Source: Macrostomum lignano
Lineage: Eukaryota
DNA: 54,282 nt
Direction of reading: 5' to 3'
Assembly (NCBI GenBank): GCA_002269645.1
Contig: NIVC01004220.1
Location: forward strand, 1 to 54,282
In this document: positions 23,730-34,700 of the stretch, in pieces
Layout: each line of letters starts with the position of its first letter
How positions within the stretch are numbered: position 1 is the stretch's first letter
The notes under the pieces: model-generated
Told to the model about the DNA's origin: nothing
Seen by the model: only the letters and a program-made list of their open reading frames with translations
Database searches by the model: none
Translations under genes and position numbers: made by a program

Positions 23730-25257
23730 ATGATGAAGCTAATCAGCAGTGTGCCATCCAGTCTTCTGCTGGAGGTGGTCATTCGCATCGCTATGGCTGT
23801 TGTGTTTGCGTGAGTCGTCTATAAAATCAGATTGAGAATGCTACACAGCTTAGGGGTATAATTCCACCAAATGTGCAAGTAGACAGCTACAGATGGCGGG
23901 GGTAGAACTACAGATTGGGTGGGGGTAGAATGCTACATAATCTGGGGGTAGAGTGCTACATAATCTGGGGGTAGAGTGCTACATAATCTGGGGGTAGAGT
24001 GCTACATAATCTGGGGGTAGAGTGCTACATAATCTGGGGGTAGAGTGCTACATAATCTGGGGGTAGAATGCTACATAATCTGGGGGTAGAGTGCTACATA
24101 ATCTGGGGGTAGAGTGCTACATAATCTGGGGGTAGAATGCTACATAATCTGGGGGTAGAGTGCTACATAATCTGGGGGTAGAGTGCTACATAATCTGGGG
24201 GTAGAGTGCTACATAATCTGGGGGTAGGCAGCTACATAATCTGGGGTTAGGCAGCTACATAATCTGGGGTAGACTCCGGTAGAGCGCAGAATTTGTAGGA
24301 AGATTCTGTAGAACTGAAATTCTAATTAAGAATTATTATATTCCCATTCGCAATCCAATGGTAAATTACCTCACCAGATTTTCCCCTGCATCCCCGCGCA
24401 GCCTCCTTCAGCACGTGGCGCCCCGAGATCGCGACATCCATCCCGAGGAGCTGTGGCTCTATCGCAACAAACCCACCGCGCCCTACTTCCCATCCTGGTT
24501 GGTTGTTGTCATGGTGACAGTTGTCGTGCCGACCCTAATGATGCTGTTGCTACAGCAACGGCAGCAGCTGCAGAAACAGCCACAGCTGCTGGACTCGGAA
24601 GGCTCGAGCAGCTCCGGTTGCTCTTCTAGAAGAGCAACAGCCTGTCAGATGATGTTGTTAGGCTACTCGCTCTCTCTCCTGCTCACCGGCCTCATCACTG
24701 ACGCGGTGAAGCTGATAGTTGGCCGGCCGAGACCGGACTTCTTCTATCGCTGCTTCCCATCGGGCGAGGCCAGACTCGTGCCTGCCGCCGCCGAGTCTGG
24801 CGCAGTACCGGACGATGGCGAACCTGCGCCTCAGCAACTGCAGCAGCTTCTGCTTCTAGTGCCGAGCGCTTGCACTGGCGATCCGGACACTGTGGCCGAG
24901 GGCCGGAAATCGTTCCCGTCCGGTCACGCTTCCATGTCATTCGCCAGCCTTGCCTATCTGTCCTTCCTGCTTGCTGATTGGCTTCAACTGTTTAAATCTT
25001 CGGCTCGTTTGGCGCCATCTGTGCGCCTACTGGCCTGCCTGGCGCCCTGCCTTGCAGCCTCCGGCATCGCACTGAGCCGGCTGGTTGACTTCCATCATCA
25101 TCCAGAGGACGTGCTGGCAGGGTCCACGCTGGGACTGTTGGTTGCTTTTGCCTGCCATCGCTGCTACAGGCGGAGAGAGCCGGTCACTGACCCGGCAGCC
25201 AGCGTTGAGACTGGAGAAGCCAGCGGCGACGGGCTCGGGCGAAGGATTGACGTTTGA
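23730..25257 (+). CDS. Phospholipid phosphatase, PLPP4/PLPP5 (PPAPDC1/DPPL)-like; exons 23730-23809 and 24402-25257 (311 aa)
   Basis: PAP2 motifs K..VGRPRPDF, SFPSGH and SR..DFHHHPEDVLAG, plus family-typical IHPEELWLY. GTGAGT donor and CAG acceptor are in matching phase 2. Confidence 0.9.
23925..24270. repeat. 23-bp intronic minisatellite (~14 copies)
   Basis: Unit TCTGGGGGTAGAGTGCTACATAA, degenerate at both edges. Confidence 0.95.
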
Positions 25258-25519
25258 TAGTTGAAACGGTTTAGGAGTCTCGGAAAGCATCACACGGTGT
25301 CTTGACAACAGTAATAACCCTACGGATTGGCTCATTTGCTATTCATAATTTGACCTAGCGCAGTACTTGATATTATTTTTTTTATGGATAAGACTTTATT
25401 GATGGTTACTTTTATAGAGAATTTTCATTATAGAGAAATTTCACATAGTCACTACTATGGACATTTAACTGTCAGTGACAATTGACTTCCAGTAAAATTT
25501 CACTGTCGATGACTTTGTC

Positions 25520-26145
25520 AGTGACATCTTGACTGTCCGTGACATTTGACTTCCAGTGACATTCGAATTTCAGTAACATTTGACTTTCAGTGACATTTGA
25601 TTGTCAGGGACATTTGACTGTCAGGGACATTTGACTGTCAGGGACATTTGACTGTCAGAGACATTTGACTGTCAGGGACATTTGACTGTCAGGGACATTT
25701 GACTGTCAGTGACATTTGACTGTCAGAGACATTTGACTGTCAGGGACATTTGACTGTCAGTGACATTTGACTGTCAGAGACATTTGCCTGTCAGGGACAT
25801 TTGACTGTCAGGGACATTTGACTGTCAGGGACATTTGACTGTCAGTGACATTTGACTGTCAGAGACATTTGCCTGTCAGGGACATTTGACTGTCAGTGAC
25901 ATTTGACTGTCAGAGACATTTGCCTGTCAGGGACATTTGACTGTCAGTGACATTTGACTGTCAGAGACATTTGCCTGTCAGGGACATTTGACTGTCAGTG
26001 ACATTTGACTGTCAGAGACATTTGCCTGTCAGGGACATTTGACTGTCAGAGACATTTGACTGTCAGAGACATTTGCCTGTCAGGGACATTTGACTGTCAG
26101 AGACATTTGACTGTCAGGGACATTTGACTGTCAGTGACATTTGAC
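25520..26145. repeat. 17-bp minisatellite (~35 copies)
   Basis: Unit TCAGGGACATTTGACTG with G/T/A variants. Confidence 0.95.
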
Positions 26146-26959
26146 CGCCACTGCCCCTGCTTCAATTTTCAATTAAAGTTTTTGCAGACTGTTGCAGAAA
26201 AAACTTAAATTTTTATAGCAGCATTTAAAACAAAAATATTGTTTTAACAATGCAGCTCAGAAAAATAAAACCGTCGTGTTCTTATGAGTAGCCCTCTCTG
26301 TCTGACATGTGCCTGGTTTTTACCATATTACTCGTAATTTAGGAGAGAAGGGGCTGCTTCATAAGTGATCTGGTTAACAAAGTTATAACCCGTCCTTCTA
26401 GCTGTTAGAAAACCCAGCCATGTTATTTTGCGTATGCAGCTGCGCAAGTATGAAAGATGCTATTGTACGCTTGTTCTTTACATTTATTTATCAGATTTTT
26501 TATGTAACGAAGAGATTTTTTAAAAGCTGTTTTTCCTGTCTCTGTCAGATCCATTCGATTCTTTGAAAGATTGTACTTACTTTGTTATTCAATAATTATC
26601 TGTGAATGCTTATGGACAATTTTTGATACGTATATACTTCTCTGTGTGGTCACTTCTCTACTTATATATATTACTAGTAATAGTAGTTTTAGCTTTAGTT
26701 GCGTTTGTCTATTGCGTTGTTAACTACAAAGCTATTGCGGTTGGACAAAATGGTATGCTGGTCTGACATATTCTCATTATATTATCAATATACGCTTGTT
26801 CTAACCCGTGCACATCCGCGTGAATTCAGCCAATCAGCTGTGCATTTATAACAATCAATATCGATCAATATTTAAATTCGGAATGCCGCAATATGTTGTT
26901 CACTGCGGCCTGTCTGGTTCAAATTTTCAGTCAGCTCAATAAAGTCGCTTCAAAGTGCG

Positions 26960-27692
26960 TCAGTCAAACGGTGACAGGCACTCCGCAATGGCACCGACGT
27001 ATTTGCCCGATGATCTGATGTAGTCGTTCAGGCCGTCGAACGCACGCGCGCCGGAGACGTAGCTCTCGGCCCCGGCGTTGTCTGGTTGGCCAGTCTGCCA
27101 CAAGCTGCCGTCGATGCTGGAGTTGCAGCTGGTCCAGAACCAGCCTCCTCTCGGCTCCTCGCTGCCGGGCAGCTGCCAGCCACCGAGCATCACCATGGTG
27201 TCCGCAGTGTCAGGCGCCAAACTCCGGATATGGTGCAGCTCCTCCAGGTCGCTTACGTCAGCCATGATGATGATTCCAGGCTCCGCGTCGATGTCATTCT
27301 TGGCCACTAGCCAGTCCTGAACTCCAGAGTACATCTTGTACTTTGTGCCGCACAGGTCGTTAGAGAATCCGGCAAAGCACAGAGCTCCGGGCGGCAGTCC
27401 CGGCTGCTGCCTCACGAACACCGGCGCCCTGCGAGTGCAGCCGCAGTCTCTCACGCGCTTGCTGCACCTGTTGAACACGAACAGCTGGCACGGACCGTCG
27501 GCCAGGCTGAACGCCTGACAGTCGAGCTTTGAGTCGCACAGGCTGGCGCAGTTAATCTTTGATGTGGCATCGCTGCGATTCTGCAGCAAACTCTGGCCTG
27601 ATGCACTGAAACTTGTCGAGCTCCAGGTATCGAGCTGCCGAGGCCGCACTCAGCAGCACAGCCGCTGCAACAAGGCCCAGAAGATGCGGCAT
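26960..27692 (-). CDS. PAN/apple + C-type lectin domain protein; signal-peptide ATG (27692) is out of frame with the domains, so possibly a pseudogene
   Basis: PAN-like CASLCDSKLDCQAFS...CQL, then a CTLD with LGG, W.W, WQTGQPDN and GLND. MPHLLGLVAAAVLLSAASAA starts at 27692 in another frame that stops at 27552-27554. Confidence 0.75.
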
Positions 27693-28278
27693 CCCTGGTT
27701 AAGGCTATGCGAAGAAATTTGCCGACTTCGAGGCTTAAGTAGGCAAAAATTCTCCGCCAGTTAAGTGCTCCGTTCGATACTTTCTTAGAGATGCTTTGAT
27801 CCAGGCGGCACTTCAATTTGAGTCAAGATACAGAAAAGAGTTACATCCATTAGCATTCGAATTGCTGGATTGTCCTCCCTTGGCCATCCATACAAGCCGA
27901 TGGAATGTAGGCTCGCTATGTTAGGCTTTGGTATTGAAAGAAATGCTTTTAGGCATGATGAGGAACAGTCAGCAATTGGAGTGGCTTTTATGCTGTTTAC
28001 TCGCGTGAACTGCTCATTGAATTGGGAGTATAATATCGATTATTTTAAAAGCATCTTCATTTATTGGTCTAATGCTTGATATGTTTCGATTGGTATCATA
28101 AGACATTAGAGGCTTTCTGAATCGACAAGTACCCAAGAGTGCATGATTCAGTTTTCAGCAATGTACCGTTCTTGACGATCGGCAATGGTCTCTCCTACTG
28201 GTTACCTAACAGTATCTAACAAAATCAATTTAAACTCGCAATCTATTTTTAGAATGAGTCATGATGAGTCACGTCCGT

Positions 28279-29495
28279 TTGAACACGAACAGCTGGCACG
28301 GACCGTCGGCCAGGCTGAACGCCTGACAGTCGAGCTTTGAGTCGCACAGGCTGGCGCAGTTAATCTTTGATGTGGCATCGCTGCGATTCTGCAGCAAACT
28401 CTGGCCTGATGCACTGAAACTTGTCGAGCTCCAGGTATGGAGTGGCTTGGAGTGGCTTTTATGCTGTTTACTCGCGTGAACTGCTCATTGAATTGGGAGT
28501 ATAATATCGATTATTTTAAAAGCATCTTCATTTATTGGTCTAATGCTTGATATGTTTCGATTGGTATCATAAGACATTAGAGGCTTTCTGAATCGACAAG
28601 TACCCAAGAGTGCATGATTCAGTTTTCAGCAATGTACCGTTCTTGACGATCGGCAATGGTCTCTCCTACTAGTTACCTAACAGTACCTAACAAAATCAAT
28701 TTAAACTCGCAATCTATTTTTAGAATGAGTCATGATGAGTCACGTCCTGTTGAACACGAACAGCTGGCACGGACCGTCGGCCAGGCTGAACGCCTGACAG
28801 TCGAGCTTTGAGTCGCACAGGCTGGCGCAGTTAATCTTTGATGTGGCATCGCTGCGATTCTGCAGCAAACTCTGGCCTGATGCACTGAAACTTGTCGAGC
28901 TCCAGGTATCGAGCTGCCGAGGCCGCACTCAGCAGCACAGCCGCTGCAACAAGGCCCAGAAGATGCGGCATCCCTGGTTAAGGCTATGCGAAGAAATTTG
29001 CCGACTTCGAGGCTTAAGTAGGCAAAAATTCTCCGCCAGTTAAGTGCTCCGTTCGATACTTTCTTAGAGATGCTTTGATCCAGGCGGCACTTCAATTTGA
29101 GTCAAGATACAGAAAAGAGTTACATCCATTAGCATTCGAATTGCTGGATTGTCCTCCCTTGGCCATCCATACAAGCCGATGGAATGTAGGCTCGCTATGT
29201 TAGGCTTTGGTATTGAAAGAAATGCTTTTAGGCATGATGAGGAACAGTCAGCAATTGGAGTGGCTTTTATGCTGTTTACTCGCGTGAACTGCTCATTGAA
29301 TTGGGAGTATAATATCGATTATTTTAAAAGCATCTTCATTTATTGGTCTAATGCTTGATATGTTTCGATTGGTATCATAAGACATTAGAGGCTTTCTGAA
29401 TCGACAAGTACCCAAGAGTGCATGATTCAGTTTTCAGCAATGTACCGTTCTTGACGATCGGCAATGGTCTCTCCTACTGGTTACCTAACAGTATC
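28279..29495 (-). pseudogene. Partial tandem duplicates of the lectin 5' end and upstream region
   Basis: 28279-28438 = 27471-27630; 28449-28686 = 27978-28215; 28747-29495 = 27468-28216. Truncated ORF 28740-28928. Confidence 0.9.
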
Positions 29496-29559
29496 ATTGG
29501 CCCATCCATCCACCACATGACGTACGACTCGCAAAGTACTCGACAAATCTAGCTGAGCG

Positions 29560-29817
29560 CAGTTGTTGTACAACCGACAGCTCAGCCGCAGCTAAAGGCT
29601 GCGTACGGCTGTTCAGTCCAAGGACTGGGGGGTCGCCACACACCCTCAATTACCCCAGCTAGCTAATGCTGGCACCCATTTTACGGCTGGGTGAACTGAA
29701 GCAATGCAGAGTTAGGTGTCTTGCTCAAGGACGCAATTTGTTCCGAGTGGGTCGAGAATCGAACCCCCGACCTTTCATTCGTGAGTCCGACGCTCTAATC
29801 ACTAGGCTGCAACCCCC
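29560..29817 (-). mobile_element. tRNA-derived SINE with CORE-like central domain
   Basis: Minus strand shows an A-box-like TAGTGATTAGAGC and a B-box GGTTCGATTC, then GCGTCCTTGAGCAAGACACCTAACTC...CCGTAAAATGGG resembling the MIR/CORE domain. 3' end uncertain. Confidence 0.75.
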
Positions 29818-30178
29818 TTAAACACGAATTTCGAGTTGTTAGTAGCAGCAAAGCTGTTGACGTTGAAACGTGGAAGCAGAGGGTACCAAATATTGCAGAC
29901 GGCATCAGAATAGACAAATCGAACCACTTGTACTGAAGTACTACATACCGATGATTTGCACAAAATTGTGCAAAATTTGCACAAAACGGCAGCTCATGTT
30001 CTTTGTATGATCCTCCTCATCAGGGTGATGAGGATCTCATTGCATGCATTCGGCAGGTCTGCCGAAATGACAGCTGTACATGCACCATTAGGTCTTATCT
30101 CAGTTGAAGGTGCCGGCTGTGAGATCGGTTGTTAGTCCTTATGTCAGTGAGCAGAGGTTTTGATACGCGATCCACTTC

Positions 30179-30208
30179 TGAGTCTGTCTGTGTGTCTGTC
30201 TGTTAGAG

Positions 30209-30253
<45 letters not shown>

Positions 30254-31077
30254 TAAAGAGTTTATTGGGTGGTGATCAGTCACTCAATAAACTCACACTT
30301 CTAGACACTGGGGAGCAAGTGCCTAGGTACATGTATATATGAGTCGAATAGCTTACTGCAGCGGATCCTCTTGGGGTCGGTAGTCGGTGGAGTCTTGTGG
30401 CATGTCGGGATAGCAAGCTTGCTGAGCGGTTGCGGCGGCCGGTTCCGGTGAGCAGCTGTTGTCTCCTGGAGTCCTTAACTTCATCTGTGGGTCGACCAGA
30501 ACGAGAGCGAATCAGAATTCTTGACGGTCCTCAAGCTCGGAATTAACAATAGAACATGCGCTCTTATGAACAATTGAATTCTTTAAATCTGTAATAGGTC
30601 CTCCTGAAGGGCGTCTTCTTCGTTACGTCCGAAACTTAACGGATAACTCAAATCAACTCAATAATCCTCTATGAATGTATCCTAGGAAACAAGGAGGCCT
30701 TTCTCAAATGTGTCGACAATAAGTGGCTCTCGTAAACTCAATTAATCAACTTATTAGTGCTATAGCAAAGAACTGAAACGGGCAGCGCTTACCAATCTGT
30801 CCGGATTTCTTCTCTCAGAGATGGGTCTTTTTAGTTGACGTTTTCCTTGAGACCGCTCCGAGTCTGAATTTTTGACTCGGATTTTCGCTTATGTTTATAC
30901 CAAAATTTTAGTGAAAAACTGGTTAAAAATCGGTTATTTTCATAGGTCGCGTATGTTTGATTAGGAGGTCATGATCGAATGTTTGATCATTACCATATAT
31001 GGAATTAAGCTAATAAAACTCCCAAGAACCGGTTTCTTGATCAAACAAACGTCGGTCCTACGAAGGGCTCTGAGTCA
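30179..31077 (-). mobile_element. Solo LTR (4-bp TSD), 899 bp, related to the 6938-8034 LTR
   Basis: TGAGTC...GAGTCA termini; TSD CTTC at 30175-30178 and 31078-31081. Shares colinear blocks with the first LTR: GGTCCTCC..AGGGC.TCTTCTT, CTCTCAGAGAT and CTCGGA.TTTTCGCTT. Confidence 0.8.
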
Positions 31078-31739
31078 CTTCTGTTTGCACGTGACTCATT
31101 CTAAAAATAGAATTTCTAAAAGTAGATATGACTCATCATGACTCATTCTAAAAATAGATTGCGAGTTTAAATTGATTTTGTTAGAATATTACTTTAAGTA
31201 GTGCGTTCTGATATGATTTACAGTTCTCTACAGTCTGTCTGTCTGTATGTCTGTCTGTCAAGTGGCCTTGCAATACGTTTACTTTCTGACTTCAACGAAA
31301 CCTGAGCAGGGCGGAACCGGTAGTTAAAGAAGCAACGAATTTGTCTTTAAATTAACACATTGCCGCAGATTTTCAGTTTGCAGAATTTTCACCTGCCCGT
31401 TATTCGACTCCCAGAGCTTTTAAGCGAGCCACTTCCATTGTTTGTGATTGAGATAATCAAAAGGCGACAGTCAACTCGCAGATGCAGAAACCCGATCGGC
31501 CTAAAATTTGAAGCTAAAGCTAGTTTCAAAGCTATTCAAATTTTAGATAAAAGCCCCAGGAGCGGAGGCGGAGCTTTCAGCTGCACTTGGTTTCTGCTTC
31601 TGTTTTCATCTCTCCCTCGCGAAAGCAGCAAAAGAAGAAGACGGAACACTTGGCGGCCAGTTTTCTGAGGCGCAACCGAAAGCCGAGAAAAAAAGAAGAA
31701 GACGGAAAAAAGACCGAGTGAAGAGTCGCTGCTAAGGAA

Positions 31740-34700
31740 ATGGCGGCCGGATTTGTCGTCGGGATTATGGTGTCGGTCTGGCTGTTGTCAACTGCGGCCG
31801 AGAGGCCGGTGGTGCACACTCTGGTGTTGTGCTCTGAGAACAGCACCCGGAGCGCCGACCCGGAGTACTACAAGTTTGCACTGGACTACTTGAACAACAA
31901 TTTAACCGAATTGAACTTTAGCTTCAAGCTTAAGGCCGAGTACAAATGCGGTCTGGGGGTAAGATATGAGATATGAGATATAAGATGTGAGATAAAAGGT
32001 ATGAGATATGAGATTTGAGATATGAGGCATGAGATATGAGATATGAGGTATGAGATATGAGGTATGACGTATGAGATATGATATGCGATATGAGGTATGA
32101 GATATGAGATGTAAGGTATGAGATATGAGGTATGACATATGAGATATGCGGTATGATATGAGGTATGATATATGAGATATGAGACATGAGGTATGAGATA
32201 TGAGGTATGACATATGAGATATGCGGTATGAGATATGAGGTATGATATATGAGATATGAGACATGAGGTATGAGATATGAGGTATGACGTATGAGATATG
32301 AGGTATGAGATATGATATGAGATATGAGGTATGAGATATGAGATGTAAGGTATGAGATATGAGGTATGACATATGAGATATGCGGTATGAGATATGAGAA
32401 ATGAGATGTAAGGTATGAGATATGAGGTATGACATATGAGAGGGGACGCAAAACAGTTCAGCGGTAAACGCGGCGGCTGGCTGTTGCACAACGACCCCTG
32501 GTTCGATTCCGTGCGCAGCCGCATTCATTTGGTTCTTGTGCAAGAAAAATTGGCAGGGATTTGTCGTCCGATTCAAACTCATGAGGACCAGCCCCCAAGG
32601 CACAGAGAGTGTACCTGCCCGACCGATTAGAAAGTCAAAGGGCTGCTGTACACCCTGCGTGAGCGTGTGTGCGAGTGCTTGTCTCTGTGCAGTATTGGCG
32701 CGCTTGTCGTGTGCTCAGGAGCCAGCGCAATGGGCAGCATTGCCTCATCGTTGCTGTTTTTGGGACGATGATGAATTACTGTAGCGATTCACTTTTTACC
32801 TTCTCTGACCTTGAAACTAAGGACAAACCTGCAAAAAAGCATTTCATTCGAAGTTTTATTAGGACAAGAAAATTGATCCGAAAGAGACTGGCTTCCAATC
32901 TTGCGAGACTATATTATTTTGGTATGAAAACCGGCTTTTAATAAATACTTTTACAGTTTTATAAAAGTAGCATGGCGTAAGTTGACAATTTTGCGTCTAC
33001 TGTTAGTAGGCGAAGACGATATCTTCAATTTAATTTAAGCGAAGCTACTCAACTGATTAAAAACATCTGTTGACACGAATTGATCCCTTCAAGGCGCTGC
33101 AGGGTAGCGCGGTGCGCAAGTTTGCAGACGGCTACCTGACTCCGCCTAACAAGGCGCTGATGTTTGGCCCGGCCTTCTCTAACCAGGCCGTGGTGCTGGC
33201 CAACGTGGCCCAGTACTACTTCCTGCCTGAGGTGCGCGAGGCGGCCGGGATCGGCTGGGGAGGGGAGGCAGAAAAAAGGAAGTGGGATTGATGGTGAGGG
33301 GTGAGAGAAATACGAAGTAGAGGTAGGGAGGCGTGATGAAGAAGGAAGAGAGAGGGAGAGGAGAGAGGCAGAATGACAGAGTGGGGTGGAGAGGGAGAGA
33401 AAGGGGGAGAGAGGGAGGGGAGATGGAGAGGAGCAGGGAGAGGCAAAGAGAGGGAGACAGAGTGAGAAGCGGAGAGGGAGGGAAATAGGGAGAGGGGGAG
33501 AGGGAGAGGAGGGAGCAGGGAGAGGGGGAGGAAGAAGAACAAAGGGAGAGGGTGAGAGGGAGAGGGAGACAGAGTGAGAAGCAGAGAGGTAGAGGCAGAG
33601 GGAGAGGGAGAGGCAGCTGTAATTACAGTCCATCAGTGGCACTGCAGTCAGCCAGCAACAACCCCCTCATTCCCCAACTCAGATCAGCGCCTCAACGCCC
33701 AGTCCGGCGCTGTCGAACAAAGACAAATATTTTTACTTCTCTCGGGTCAGCATGTCGCATAGTCTGTTCCTGGATGGAGTTGTGCAGATTCTGAAGCGCT
33801 ACAATTGGTCTATAGTGGGACTGCTCACTAGCGACTATGACGGAGTTTACGCTGTGAGTTGCTCGTCTATCTGAGTTGATGCCAAACTGACCCGTGTAGG
33901 ACTGCAAATTAGCATGTCCTCGAATAGTTTTCTCTGCCTGTAATGCTTTTGCTTACTTATGTTTACAACAGATTTTGGCTAAGCAGTTTTTCTGTGTACA
34001 TCACCCACCACCTCATTGACTGATATACTCGTAAATATAAATTTTGTTGATTGGGGTGACAGACTGATTCTGAATCAAATACTATTTCTCACCCAGTGCA
34101 TCGTCTTATATCTTAAGTTCGTGTATTCACCCTATTACAACTTCCTACTCTCCCACTCTCTCTACACTCTCTCTACATCCTTCTCTCCACCCTCTCCTAC
34201 ACCCTCCTCTCCACCCTCTCCTACACCCTCCTCTCCACCCTCTCCTACACCCTCCTCTCCACCCTCTCCTACACCCTCCTCTCCACCCTCTCCTACACCC
34301 TCCTCTCCACCCTCTCCTACACCCTCCTCTCCACCCTCTCCTACACCCTCCTCTCCACCCTCTCCTACACCCTCCTCTTCACCCTCTCCTACACCCCCCT
34401 CTACAATCTCTCCTACACCCTCGTCTACACCTCCTACACCCTCCCCTACACACTCTCCTACACCCTCCTTTGCACCTCCTACATCCTCCTCTCCTCCCTC
34501 CTACACCCTTCTCTACACCTCCTACACCCTCCTCTCCACCCTTTTCTACACCCTCTTGTAATGTGGCACTGGCAGTAATATAGTACACTATTTGCATGCA
34601 CAATAAAAATAATAATACAAACGCCTGCAGACATCCGTCCACTTGGAGAAAATGCTGTCACTGTACAACATCACCCTGGCCGCCAGGGGAGTCTACAGTA

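Noticed and set aside
29750-29817. tRNA gene
   Set aside because: It has A/B boxes but no convincing cloverleaf, and it continues into a SINE core.
32436-32941. ORFs 32436-32630, 32536-32784 and 32669-32941 as extra GPCR exons
   Set aside because: Exon 1 joins the 33.1-kb exon in phase and gives the expected VFT sequence. These ORFs have no clear family motif or splice pair.
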